NCBI GenBank assembly: GCA_009694725.1 | Contig: SICV01000001.1 | Span: forward strand, 1 to 63,218 | Source: Candidatus Pacearchaeota archaeon | GTDB taxonomy: Archaea > Nanobdellota > Nanobdellia > Pacearchaeales > GW2011-AR1 | Length of the DNA stretch: 63,218 nucleotides | Direction of reading: 5' to 3' | Part shown: piece after piece, positions 52,555 to 62,297 of the stretch | Layout: each line of letters starts with the position of its first letter | Numbering within the stretch: the first letter of the stretch is position 1 | Translations under genes and position numbers: made by a program | Notes under the pieces: model-generated | What the model saw: only the letters and a program-made list of their open reading frames with translations | What the model was told of the DNA's origin: nothing | The model's database searches: none

Positions 52555-53082
52555 ATGGCTTGGCTTTCCCCTGAAGAGCATACGTTTATTGAAGAATCTG
52601 TTGCTTTATTGTGTGTTGAAATCCTGATTGTTGATAGCTTAGAACATCCTTCCAAAGTCCTGTTAGTTAAACGTGCAGAAGAACCTGCGCTTGGACAATG
52701 GTTCCAACCGGGTGGAATGATACGGAAAAATGAACCTGCTCGTGTTGCGGCACTACGGAAGGCAAAAGAAGAACTAGGGGTTGAGGTAACTCTCGGCCCA
52801 TTCATTGGTGCCTATCGCAGTTTTTTTATGCCTGGCCATCGCAATAACCCTTCTGGAACAGATGCCTGCAGTTTGGTCTTTATGGGCACGGTTTCACCTT
52901 CTGCTTCTTCTCAAGTTGATGCCACAAGCTCTGCCTGCGCCTGGAAACAATTCTCTGACCCTGAAATTGCCTCATTTCCCAAGCGGTTCATAGTTGACTC
53001 AGGTTTATTCCCGTCCTTGGCACCTTCATCTCCAGCCCATATGGCTCAGGAAGGGCTACTGTTGCTTGAAAAAATTATATAA
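52555..53082 (+). CDS. NUDIX hydrolase
   Basis: The Nudix box GGMIRKNEPARVAALRKAKEELGV fits G-x5-E-x7-R-x-x-x-E-E-x-G. Confidence 0.65.
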   Translation: MAWLSPEEHTFIEESVALLCVEILIVDSLEHPSKVLLVKRAEEPALGQWFQPGGMIRKNEPARVAALRKAKEELGVEVTLGPFIGAYRSFFMPGHRNNPSGTDACSLVFMGTVSPSASSQVDATSSACAWKQFSDPEIASFPKRFIVDSGLFPSLAPSSPAHMAQEGLLLLEKII

Positions 53083-53153
53083 CCTCACTTTAGTTAAGAA
53101 TTATTTTTTTTCCCTATACGAATGTTTATAAATTATAGGGTGAGCAGACACTT

Positions 53154-54134
53154 ATGGATTCAAAGATAGCGGCCCCTCAGAAAAAAGTTGCAGTAACCGG
53201 TGCGGGAGGATTTATAGGCCATCACTTAGTAAATGCTCTTAAAAAGAAAGGCCATTGGGTTCGAGGAATTGATATAAAAAACCCAGAATTTACTAAAAGT
53301 GAAGCGGATGAATTTTGGTTTGCAGACCTCAGAAATAAGGATATGGCATTAAAACTTTTAACCGAGATGGATGAAGTTTATGCTCTGGCAGCGGATGTGG
53401 GGGGAGTTGGTCATCTTTCTCGTTGGAATTACGAAATAATTAAAAATAATTTAGAAATAGATACAAATACTATTGAAGCCGTTCTAAAAAGTAAGGGGAA
53501 AAAAATCCTTTATACTAGCTCTGCCTGTGTTTACCCATTATACAAACAAAAAACAAATAATCCTCTTCCTTTGAAGGAAGAAGATGCTATGCCTGCTGAT
53601 CCTGAAGGCGCATATGGTTGGGAAAAGTTAACCGCTGAACAGATTTTGGAACATGCTTCGAGAGACCACGGTCTACAAATTAGAATTGCTCGATTTCAAA
53701 ATGTCTATGGTCCTGAAGAAACATTTGAAGGCGGTCGTGAGAAAGTTGTGGGGGCGCTTTGTAGAAAAATTGCAATAGCAAAGGAAGGAGAAAGTATTGA
53801 AGTCTGGGGGGATGGTCTACAAAAAAGAAGTTTTTGCTATGTAGACGATTGTGTTATCTCTTTAATAGAATTAATGGAAAGTTCTTATTCTAAACCATTA
53901 AACGTAAGTATTGATAAAACAATTACTATTAATAATCTTACAAAACTTATAATCAAATCTTCAGGTAAAAAATTAAAAATTAAAAATATCTCTGGGCCTG
54001 AAGGAGTCAGGGGAAGAATGCCAGACGTTAGCATGAGAAAAAAGGTATTAAAATATATACCTAAAACTTCAATTCAAAAAGGATTAAATAATGTTTATCT
54101 ATGGGTTGAATCTGAAATAAACCGTGGAAAATAA
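53154..54134 (+). CDS. NAD-dependent sugar epimerase, GDP-mannose 3,5-epimerase-like
   Basis: VTGAGGFIGHHL. DLRNKDMALKLLTEMDEVYALAADVGGVGHL and GAYGWEKLTAEQ resemble the GME signature blocks (LAADMGGMGF, AYGLEKLATE). Confidence 0.55.
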   Translation: MDSKIAAPQKKVAVTGAGGFIGHHLVNALKKKGHWVRGIDIKNPEFTKSEADEFWFADLRNKDMALKLLTEMDEVYALAADVGGVGHLSRWNYEIIKNNLEIDTNTIEAVLKSKGKKILYTSSACVYPLYKQKTNNPLPLKEEDAMPADPEGAYGWEKLTAEQILEHASRDHGLQIRIARFQNVYGPEETFEGGREKVVGALCRKIAIAKEGESIEVWGDGLQKRSFCYVDDCVISLIELMESSYSKPLNVSIDKTITINNLTKLIIKSSGKKLKIKNISGPEGVRGRMPDVSMRKKVLKYIPKTSIQKGLNNVYLWVESEINRGK

Positions 54135-54135
54135 A

Positions 54136-55782
54136 ATGAACTCTTTAAAAGATAAAAAAATAATCTTTGCCACTTGGTCTTCAAATAACAAATATTGGCA
54201 TGCCCATCAAATGTGGGATGGTCCTTTGCGAAAATTATTTGGAAAGGTCGTTACTTTTGATCCACAAGAACAAATAAACAATTTCGGCAAAGAACAAATG
54301 AATGCTAATTTTTTGGCGACTTTAAAAAGGGAACAACCGGATTATGTTTTCATGTGGATTATGTTTGAAGAATTCAATATTGAAACTCTTTTTGAAATGA
54401 GAAAATTGTGCCCTAAAACTAAATTTATTGGCTTCTGTGGGGATGATGATATAAAGTTTGAAGATCACACTTTACACCTTATTCCTTTTTTTGATTATTT
54501 TTTCCTTACTCAGCCCAATTATTTTAAAAAATATAATGGAAAGGCATATTTTATGTGTGGCGTAAATACTGATGAATTCTTTCCTTTAAAATTGGAAAAG
54601 AAATATGACCTCAGTTTTGTTGGCTCTCCAAAGGGAGATAGAGTTAAACTCTTAAGATCGCTTTTAGATAAAAAATTAAATATAAAAATTGGAGGTTCTG
54701 GATGGTCCCGGTATCCTGAATTTGAAAAGTTCTATTGCGGTAAAGTATCTTCTGCAGAATTTGTAAAATTAATAAATGAAACTAAAATTAATTTATGTCT
54801 CTCCAATAATATTTTTTCTAAACCCCATTTACTTGAAAGATTTTTTGAAGTTAATGCCTGTAATTCTTTTCAAATAACTCAATATTGTGAAGGGTATCAT
54901 AATTATTTTAGGGAGGGGAAAGAGATAGTTACATTTAAAACTCAGGAAGATTTTTTACAAAAAATAATTCTCTATCTTGCTAAAGAAAAAGAAAGGAAAT
55001 TAATTGCTGAAGCTGCATACAAAAAAACGATTAACACTTTTACAACCGATAAATTGCTTGAAAAAGCCTTTTTTAAAATAGATTTGGAAAGAAAGGAAAA
55101 TGATTTTAAAAAACAAATTGTAAATGAAAATTATGTTTACCTTTTCCCTGATGATCTTTTTCTCTCAAAAATAAAATTAAAAAATAAAATTGGTTCTGCA
55201 AAGTATGTCTTTTTTAAAGGAAATGGTTTTGAATCCCACCCCTATCGTGAAACAATACAAATTAATTCACTCAAGGAGGGCGGGAAAAATATCTCAATCT
55301 CAGATTTCTACCATAGTTCTTTTTTAATTAAAAATTATGCTTCTTTATGTAGTAGAGGTTTACTTGAGTATTATGGTCTAAAAAAATTGAATCAGTTTAT
55401 TAAATTACAACAATTAATGGTTCGTAAAGATTATCTTTTAGAGAATATTAATCATTTCAAGCTATTTTATAAAAATTCAAAGGGTCTTTCATTTGATTTT
55501 GAGAAGACTGCATTCGTTAGTATTCCCTTGTTAAGTTCTAATATTAAAGTCAAAATTCCATTAGATAACCGAGAACACTTTTACTTTGCTTTTTTCGAAC
55601 GAGATCTCCTTTGGAGAAAAAATAAAGGATTACTTTTTTTTGATTCTTATTTATATAGATTCCTCCTATTATTAATGATTGATCGAAATTGTTTTCGCTA
55701 TTTTTTCACCCAAACATTGTATAAAACGAAAATTCCCTTCTTCATGAAAATTTCTCAATTGGCAAACGCCTTCATCTTATAA
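54136..55782 (+). CDS. CgeB-family glycosyltransferase-like protein with a long Lys/Asn/Phe-rich C-terminal extension
   Basis: FVGSPKGDRVKLL and ERFFEVNACNSFQITQY...GKEIVTF...EDFLQKI match the Glyco_trans_1_2/CgeB pattern. Very AT-rich gene. First ATG at 54136. Confidence 0.5.
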   Translation: MNSLKDKKIIFATWSSNNKYWHAHQMWDGPLRKLFGKVVTFDPQEQINNFGKEQMNANFLATLKREQPDYVFMWIMFEEFNIETLFEMRKLCPKTKFIGFCGDDDIKFEDHTLHLIPFFDYFFLTQPNYFKKYNGKAYFMCGVNTDEFFPLKLEKKYDLSFVGSPKGDRVKLLRSLLDKKLNIKIGGSGWSRYPEFEKFYCGKVSSAEFVKLINETKINLCLSNNIFSKPHLLERFFEVNACNSFQITQYCEGYHNYFREGKEIVTFKTQEDFLQKIILYLAKEKERKLIAEAAYKKTINTFTTDKLLEKAFFKIDLERKENDFKKQIVNENYVYLFPDDLFLSKIKLKNKIGSAKYVFFKGNGFESHPYRETIQINSLKEGGKNISISDFYHSSFLIKNYASLCSRGLLEYYGLKKLNQFIKLQQLMVRKDYLLENINHFKLFYKNSKGLSFDFEKTAFVSIPLLSSNIKVKIPLDNREHFYFAFFERDLLWRKNKGLLFFDSYLYRFLLLLMIDRNCFRYFFTQTLYKTKIPFFMKISQLANAFIL

Positions 55783-55830
55783 AAATATCATTCCCCTCTT
55801 CTTTTTTTTGTAAAGCCTCTATTTATAAAT

Positions 55831-56583
55831 ATGCTTCACCTTAGAAAAAGTATGGTTGGAAAACGAGATATTGTAACCGGAAGATCTTCTCGGTTACAAC
55901 AATGTATTAATCTTATCCCTAAATCCTGGCGATTACGACTTAATCCTCGTCGCTATGCTATTGAAACATTTGTTGAACAGAGCGCTCGAAAAATCAAACC
56001 AAACGCCTGTGTGCTTGATGCAGGCGCAGGTCCTTGCCCCTATAAATCATTCTTTGCCCACTGTACCTACCAAGCAACTGATTTTACTGATCCGTATAGG
56101 CTAATGGATTTTACGTGTGATTTAAGCTCTATTCCTCAAAAAACTGGTTCCTATGATGTAGTTCTTTCGACAGAAGTGTTAGAACATGTCCCCGATCCTC
56201 TCGCGGTTTTAAAAGAAACGCATCGTATTCTGAAGAAAGGGGGAACCCTCTACCTTACCACTCCTCAATCCTGGATGATGCATCAAAAACCCCATAATTA
56301 TTTTTATTTCACCTATTTTGGGCTTAAACATCTTTTACAAGAAACTGGTTTCAAGAAGTTCACCATTAAACCCATGGGCGGGTATTTCTGGAATCTTGCG
56401 GATACTATACGATTTAATTCGCTCCGGCACCAGTATCGAAAGCAGAGTGTGCTTTATGTTATCCTCACTATCCTTGAATATCCCTTTACTAATATCCTCT
56501 TACCTTTTCTCTTTTTTCATCTCGATTGGATAGATAAGGAAAGAGACTGGACTATGGGTTGGGTTGTTGAAGCAACAAAGTAA
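55831..56583 (+). CDS. Class I SAM-dependent methyltransferase
   Basis: VLDAGAGPCPY, VVLSTEVLEHVPDP, LKKGGTLYLTTP. The TATA-like tatttataaat abuts the first ATG, so Met8 (55852) may be the real leaderless start. Confidence 0.7.
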   Translation: MLHLRKSMVGKRDIVTGRSSRLQQCINLIPKSWRLRLNPRRYAIETFVEQSARKIKPNACVLDAGAGPCPYKSFFAHCTYQATDFTDPYRLMDFTCDLSSIPQKTGSYDVVLSTEVLEHVPDPLAVLKETHRILKKGGTLYLTTPQSWMMHQKPHNYFYFTYFGLKHLLQETGFKKFTIKPMGGYFWNLADTIRFNSLRHQYRKQSVLYVILTILEYPFTNILLPFLFFHLDWIDKERDWTMGWVVEATK

Positions 56584-56588
56584 CAGAA

Positions 56589-58136
56589 TTAGGAGGTATT
56601 CCCCGCTATTCTTTCCTGTATTCTTTGTTTGATAGATCTAAACACTTCCCTATCTTGTGCGTCATGTGTCTTTAAGAGATACAATATCCCGAGATACCCT
56701 ATTCCCCCAATACCTACTCCTACGAGTAACGAACTTAGTGACGTGTACTGTGTAAGCCGATAGATTTCTAATCCTACAAATAACGCCCCTGCTCCGCAGA
56801 TAATTTTACCTATCTCTTTGCCCTTAAAGGGGAGTTCTTTCAGTTCTTTTCTTACTTGCACCAAGAGCGTAATCAGGAAAACGGCCCAGGTTACTGCAGT
56901 AGCATAGGCAACGCCTTCAATACCATACGGACCTATCAACGCAAGATTAAGAAAGAAGTTCATTGTTGCGACACAGGTTACATTACAAGCCAAAAGGTAT
57001 GATTTTCCTTTTGCGGTGAGCACGGCAGTGAGGCTATTTGAAAGAGAAGAGAATAATCCCCCAAAGGCGAGGATTTTAACACAGGTTTCTGCAGATGCAT
57101 ACGTAGCGCCAAATAAGGTATGAATGAATACTCCCGGGAAAAAGAAAAGTGCAAGGGCTACCGGAATATTTCCTATGAGAATCCATTTGTTTACCCTTCG
57201 TAATATTCCCCTCACTTGTGAAAGATTATTTTCCGCAAAATATTTACTCATTAATGGAAGGAAAAGTTGCATAAAGAGTTCAGGAGCAATGCCGAGTACT
57301 GAAATAAGTGTAATTGCGATCGCGTATATCCCTACTTGCTCCGGAGGAAGATAATGTCCAATTACGAGAGAGTCTATCCAGAACAGTAAACTAAATACCA
57401 TCCCGGTATAGAGCAACGGGAGAGAATACCGAAGTACGGTTTTTTGCAATGCTACTCTTTTTTCTAACGAAATGAGGGGAGTTTGCCTATAGAATGTTCT
57501 TATTTTCTTTGTGGCAACAAAACTCAGCAAGGCGAGAAGTCCGGCAGTTAATACAAAACTTACGGGCAAGGCATTTTTTGCCTCCAGAACGGCAAGTCCC
57601 GCCGCAAGAAGCACTACCTTGCCTATTCCCTGGGCAGTGTTACTAATAAGGGAATATTTTTTGATGTCTTCATGAGCCCGTAACAGTGCAAGATGAAAAC
57701 CCGCAAAAACGGTGAGAGGTATACCGAGTGCCATGAGAGAAAGCATATCTGCTAGAAGCGCATTTGATTGGAAGTACTGTGCAAAAGAGGGGGCCCCTGC
57801 AAATACCCCTATTCCCGTCAGTATACTCAAGAAAACTACCTTTTTCTTAAGGCTCGAGATTAAACTTGCTATTTCGGATACTTTCTTTTTCCCTCGTAGA
57901 TAGGCGATATAGCGTGTTAATCCTTCGCTCAGCCCTAATGAACTGAGTGAAACCGCAAAACCTATAATAATAAGTGCTAATGAAAATGTTCCAAATTCGG
58001 CTGGAGTTGCATACCGAGCAATTGCGACCTTATAGAGATAGCCTGCGCATTTTGCGAGAAACATACTTGCTAAAACAATCAAAGAACTCTTCGCAAGTCT
58101 TGCTAGAGCAAGATCTTCGGTAACTTTTGAGGACAT
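56589..58136 (-). CDS. Oligosaccharide/polysaccharide flippase (MOP/Wzx family)
   Basis: About 12-14 TM with a Polysacc_synt-like N-terminal pattern. I chose the start at MSSKVTEDL; the track start at 58214 would overlap the upstream GT2 by 38 nt. Confidence 0.7.
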   Translation of the reverse strand: MSSKVTEDLALARLAKSSLIVLASMFLAKCAGYLYKVAIARYATPAEFGTFSLALIIIGFAVSLSSLGLSEGLTRYIAYLRGKKKVSEIASLISSLKKKVVFLSILTGIGVFAGAPSFAQYFQSNALLADMLSLMALGIPLTVFAGFHLALLRAHEDIKKYSLISNTAQGIGKVVLLAAGLAVLEAKNALPVSFVLTAGLLALLSFVATKKIRTFYRQTPLISLEKRVALQKTVLRYSLPLLYTGMVFSLLFWIDSLVIGHYLPPEQVGIYAIAITLISVLGIAPELFMQLFLPLMSKYFAENNLSQVRGILRRVNKWILIGNIPVALALFFFPGVFIHTLFGATYASAETCVKILAFGGLFSSLSNSLTAVLTAKGKSYLLACNVTCVATMNFFLNLALIGPYGIEGVAYATAVTWAVFLITLLVQVRKELKELPFKGKEIGKIICGAGALFVGLEIYRLTQYTSLSSLLVGVGIGGIGYLGILYLLKTHDAQDREVFRSIKQRIQERIAGNTS

Positions 58137-58176
58137 TCCCCCATAGGGAATTTTGCACTTAAAAGTCCTCTGATAC

Positions 58177-59160
58177 TTACTTCTCTTGAAGATAGAGTGA
58201 GGAAAGCTGGCCATTCGCTATTTTTTCGGTATGTGCTCGTGCATGCTTGAGAGACCTCATACAATACACCCATTTTAACCGTTCATTTTCTTTTCTTGTT
58301 TTGAGATAGAGTGCAAACCGTAAAAAGCTAATTCCCCCGATACACCACATAAACGTTAGTTTCTCCTTGAGAGAAGAGTTAAAATTCTTATAATTAAAGT
58401 AAAAATGATTGATTTGATTCATGTATGCCAGCTTCTCGGTTGGCATTCGTTCTACTAGTGAAGCTCTGTGCACAAGTGTAGCATGAGGGGTAAGAAATAA
58501 GCCTAGAGGGTATTTTTTGAATACTCGATAGGTAAAATCAAAGTCTTCCCCTAGCGCATACCGTGTTAATTTTTCATCAAATGAAAATTCGGTACCTATT
58601 TCTTTCTTAAACGTCATGTTAAAACCTGAAAGCCATTGGGTATTAATTATTTTTGTAAGCTTTGAAGGATACGTTGCCCCGTATGCTGAAAGAACTCTTG
58701 CCCTATTTTCCTCGAAACATTCAATTGCAAATAGTTTTTTTAGAGTATTCTCAAAAAAGGAATTTTTTTGTAATTCTTTTGGTAGATAATATCCGCTTAC
58801 TCCTTGTGCCGATGGTTCGTTATTAAATACCTCGAGTATTTTCTCAAAATATTCTTTTCCCAGAGTAACATCATCATCCAAGAAACAAATGAATTTTGTT
58901 TCTTTTGAAACTTTCCTAACTCCACAATTTCTTGCTTTGGTCAAAGAAGGGATATCGGTGTGAATATAGCGTATTTTTTTATTTTTTATTTTTGCAATCA
59001 TTTCCTTTGTTTTGAGGTCTGTGCTTTGATCAATGATGAGCACTTCCTTAATAAGAGAGAGTTTACTTTTGAATGAAGCTAATGTCTCCTTGAGATCTTG
59101 AGATCTATTGTAGGTGGCTATAACTACTGAAATATCTTTGAGAGAATAGTGCTGCCTCAT
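58177..59160 (-). CDS. Family 2 glycosyltransferase
   Basis: ISVVIATYNR, IIDQSTD and the DDD motif in FLDDDVTL. Confidence 0.7.
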   Translation of the reverse strand: MRQHYSLKDISVVIATYNRSQDLKETLASFKSKLSLIKEVLIIDQSTDLKTKEMIAKIKNKKIRYIHTDIPSLTKARNCGVRKVSKETKFICFLDDDVTLGKEYFEKILEVFNNEPSAQGVSGYYLPKELQKNSFFENTLKKLFAIECFEENRARVLSAYGATYPSKLTKIINTQWLSGFNMTFKKEIGTEFSFDEKLTRYALGEDFDFTYRVFKKYPLGLFLTPHATLVHRASLVERMPTEKLAYMNQINHFYFNYKNFNSSLKEKLTFMWCIGGISFLRFALYLKTRKENERLKWVYCMRSLKHARAHTEKIANGQLSSLYLQEK

Positions 59161-59975
59161 ACTGTTTGTTTACCATCCATAAAACCTTTCCAGAACCCTG
59201 CGATATAATACGGGTGATCGCAGAGTGAAGCAAAAAGATAGGCAGGAAGAAGCCCGAGCCCTCCTTTGTTGAACGGATAACTGAGTGGATACGTAATCAA
59301 ACCTACAAGAGGAATTGCTTTCAGCATGCCGACATACCAGCGTACCATTTCTTTTCCGTGTACTCGTACTAGCGCCCCATAGCCGTTTGCATATTGATAC
59401 TGTTTTTTGAGTCGCTGTTTAAACGTAGTTGGGTGATAATGTATAATTTTAACATTTGGATAGACTATTTTCCCTCTTTTTTTTAATTTCACATACGTAT
59501 CGTAATCTTCCCCTGCTGTGCGAAATGTTCTTTCATCAAATAATCCTATTTTTTGCATAGCTGATTTACGATATGCGCCCCCTTTGCCATCTAAACTTGA
59601 ACGAATGATGCCTTTTTCTTTGATCATAATCCCCTTTGTGCCATAAGAGAAGGTATCCCATAATGCTGAGGGAAGCTCTACCTGGGAGACACTTGCAACT
59701 ACTTTCTTATCTGCAAACGGCATCAGGAGATGTGTGAGCCATTCTTTTCCTACCGGAATACAATCCTGGGGAAGCATGACCACAAGCGAATACTTAGATT
59801 TTCTTATTCCGATGTTCATTTGCTCTGCAAAACCTTTATGTTCATCGATGATTAAAATTTCTTTGTTACCCTTATAATTTTGATGATTGATGACTGAGAT
59901 AATCTTTTTTAATAGTTTTTTATCAGGGTTATATACCGGGAAAATAATTGAAACATCCATAGGGGCAAACATCAT
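59157..59975 (-). CDS. Family 2 glycosyltransferase
   Basis: VSIIFPVYN, IIDEH, QDCIP. ATGA-type 4-nt overlap with the next GT2. Confidence 0.6.
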   Translation of the reverse strand: MMFAPMDVSIIFPVYNPDKKLLKKIISVINHQNYKGNKEILIIDEHKGFAEQMNIGIRKSKYSLVVMLPQDCIPVGKEWLTHLLMPFADKKVVASVSQVELPSALWDTFSYGTKGIMIKEKGIIRSSLDGKGGAYRKSAMQKIGLFDERTFRTAGEDYDTYVKLKKRGKIVYPNVKIIHYHPTTFKQRLKKQYQYANGYGALVRVHGKEMVRWYVGMLKAIPLVGLITYPLSYPFNKGGLGLLPAYLFASLCDHPYYIAGFWKGFMDGKQTV

Positions 59976-60075
59976 TGATGGTTAATAAAGAATCCCCCGG
60001 CAAGCTGGAGGGTATTCTTTAAGCCTCAAACGGGGAACAACGAAGTAACTTGCACCCCGTTCGAGCAATAAAGAT

Positions 60076-61011
60076 TCAGCATGCCCCTTGATAGAAGGCG
60101 ATTGTTCTCTTAATTCCCTCTTCCAGAGATACCTGGGGTTCCCAGCCTAGCCCTTTAAGTGGCGTTACATCAGCTATAAAGTCCCCTACGCCCACTTTTT
60201 TATGAAAATCAGGAGGGGTAATTGAAACTTTTTTTGTGTTTGGTAGATGCTTTTCAATATAACATACGAGATCTTTGAATGGTACTCGTTCTCCTCGACC
60301 AATATAGTATACTTTTCCTCGTTCCCCTTTTTCCATGATCTTTTGTGCCCCTGCAACCGCATCATCTACATACACAAAATCCCTATAAAATTCACCGTTA
60401 TTGTAGACTTTAATTTCTTCTCCGTGCACTGCTTTATGAATCATGCCATTGAAGGCTGCTTTCTTAAGATTGTCTCCCTGTTCAAAGGGCCCAAAGACAT
60501 TGGTAAATCTTCCAATGGTTGCATTTATACCGTGGAGTGTGTGATAGACTTGACAAAATTGTTCAGCGGCGAGACGAGTTATCGCATATGCTCCCAAAGG
60601 GCGACAGGGCGTTTCAGGAGTAACGGGAAGTTTTGTAACATTGCCATTGACAAAAAAAGTACTTGCAAAAAAGAGTCGTGCTGATGATTTTCCTTTTCTC
60701 ATGGCCTCTAATAGGGCAATCGTCCCCCTACAATTGACATCGAGATCGAGGTAGGGTTGTTCAAGAGAGGTATAATTATCAACTGTACTTGCAAAATGAT
60801 ATATTTCTTCTTGTCCTTCAATATCAGTTGGAGTAATGTCGCAGATATCCTTTAGGATAATCGTTATTTTTCCTTCGAACCCTTGCATATTTTTCTTTTT
60901 TGCTTCTGAACGGGTGAGTATGGTCACCTTATTTCCTTCTTCAGCACAGAGCTTTTTTGCTAACGTACTCCCGATAAAACCTAATCCCCCGGTAATAAGA
61001 ATATGTTTCAT
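60076..61011 (-). CDS. NAD-dependent nucleotide-sugar epimerase/reductase (extended SDR) with a YxxxR catalytic motif variant
   Basis: ITGGLGFIGS Rossmann motif and an STFFV Ser/Thr region. The catalytic position reads YAITRLAAE (Arg where Lys is expected). Confidence 0.65.
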   Translation of the reverse strand: MKHILITGGLGFIGSTLAKKLCAEEGNKVTILTRSEAKKKNMQGFEGKITIILKDICDITPTDIEGQEEIYHFASTVDNYTSLEQPYLDLDVNCRGTIALLEAMRKGKSSARLFFASTFFVNGNVTKLPVTPETPCRPLGAYAITRLAAEQFCQVYHTLHGINATIGRFTNVFGPFEQGDNLKKAAFNGMIHKAVHGEEIKVYNNGEFYRDFVYVDDAVAGAQKIMEKGERGKVYYIGRGERVPFKDLVCYIEKHLPNTKKVSITPPDFHKKVGVGDFIADVTPLKGLGWEPQVSLEEGIKRTIAFYQGAC

Positions 61012-61018
61012 AGAATCA

Positions 61019-62218
61019 TTAAGATCTTTGGATATAGTCTCTTACAATACCATAATAATCTGCTTTCTGATCTTCAGGCATTCCCCAGCACGGTACAAAT
61101 AATGCTCGTTCTTCTACACTATCCCCTATAGGAAACTTTCCCCCCGTGAGTGAATGCCAGGGTACACGTGCGAATGGTTTTTGTAAGGTAATATTCCCAC
61201 ACATCACTGGTCGCACTTCTACCCCTTTACTTGTCAGATATTTAGCAAATGCTGAACGATCAAATGGTGCGCTCGTTTTTACGGTTACCGGGTATGAGAA
61301 CCAACTCGGTTGTGCTTTTGGATGTATTACAGGTAGATCGAAGTAATCAGACTTACCAAACAATTCAGTCATTTCACTAAATTGTTTTGCTCGTTCCTGA
61401 ACATACGTAGGTAATTTTGCTATTTGTGCTAAGCCGAATGCCGCTTGAATACCGGTCATTTGACTGTCGGTACCGAGGGTTTCGTACGTATATCGCTTCA
61501 AAAAGTCTGCATCTCCGGGCCTAAAATCTCTTCCCCAAAAGATAAGACTTTTGAGTAATACTTGTAATCGTTGATCATTTGTTGCAACAGCGCCCCCCAC
61601 TCCTCCTGCAGTGATGTGATGTGATCCATAGAAGCTGAAAGCAGTAACATCTCCAAAGGTACCTATGCCTTTTCCATCATACATTCCGCCCATCGTGTCG
61701 CATGAATCTTCAATAAGGAACCTGTGTGGGCCGAGCGCACGTTTAATTTTGTCCATATCTGGAATGTTGCCCAGTAAATGAGGCAACACCATACCTCGGG
61801 CTTCGGGGAAACGCTCCACTGCGGCAATGACTTGTTCTGGATCAGCAACATAGGTGCCAGGTTGTGTTTCGATAAAAATGGGTTGCATGCCCAGATTAAT
61901 TGCTGAAGAAATGCTTGTTGCGAATGTAGTGACGGGATGGATTACTTTATCTCCTGGTTGCCAGCGTCCGTCTGCTTTTAAGGCAAGTAACCCATTTTCG
62001 ATTGCAGCTGAGCCACTATTGGTCAAGTGTACATAGGATATTCCTGTTGAATCCACTAATGCTTTTTCAAACTCTTCATTAATGTCCCCATATCCAAACC
62101 AATCTGCTTGAAGTACTCGTTCTAAATTTGCTACTTCGGGTTTTCCCCATTGAATACGATTAATGAGATGTCGGTCCCCTGGTTTTTCCCAAGGTTTCCA
62201 GGCAAGTGTTTGATCCAT
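61019..62218 (-). CDS. PLP/PMP-dependent nucleotide-sugar 3-dehydratase, ColD/E1 (RfbH/DdhC)-like member of the DegT/DnrJ/EryC1 family
   Basis: Fold-type I sugar aminotransferase pattern, but the Schiff-base position reads FSFYGSHHITAGGVGG (His in place of Lys), as in ColD and E1. Only 3 Cys, so no E1-type 2Fe-2S motif. I chose the start at ATG 62218, 20 nt downstream of the TATA gtatataaaagg. Confidence 0.6.
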   Translation of the reverse strand: MDQTLAWKPWEKPGDRHLINRIQWGKPEVANLERVLQADWFGYGDINEEFEKALVDSTGISYVHLTNSGSAAIENGLLALKADGRWQPGDKVIHPVTTFATSISSAINLGMQPIFIETQPGTYVADPEQVIAAVERFPEARGMVLPHLLGNIPDMDKIKRALGPHRFLIEDSCDTMGGMYDGKGIGTFGDVTAFSFYGSHHITAGGVGGAVATNDQRLQVLLKSLIFWGRDFRPGDADFLKRYTYETLGTDSQMTGIQAAFGLAQIAKLPTYVQERAKQFSEMTELFGKSDYFDLPVIHPKAQPSWFSYPVTVKTSAPFDRSAFAKYLTSKGVEVRPVMCGNITLQKPFARVPWHSLTGGKFPIGDSVEERALFVPCWGMPEDQKADYYGIVRDYIQRS

Positions 62219-62297
62219 AGTTTTTCCTTTCAAAGTCCTTTTATATACTTTATGTCGTTTCCGATATATTCATTAATCCCTTCTTTTTAAACAGAAT

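Noticed and set aside
60029-60061. 7-bp stem hairpin (aacgggg N19 ccccgtt) between the SDR and GT2 genes
   Set aside because: There is no adjacent T tract, the loop is large, and a stem of this size can occur by chance. No function is asserted.
60247-60684. 145-aa ORF antisense to the SDR gene
   Set aside because: A shadow frame in an AT-rich gene.
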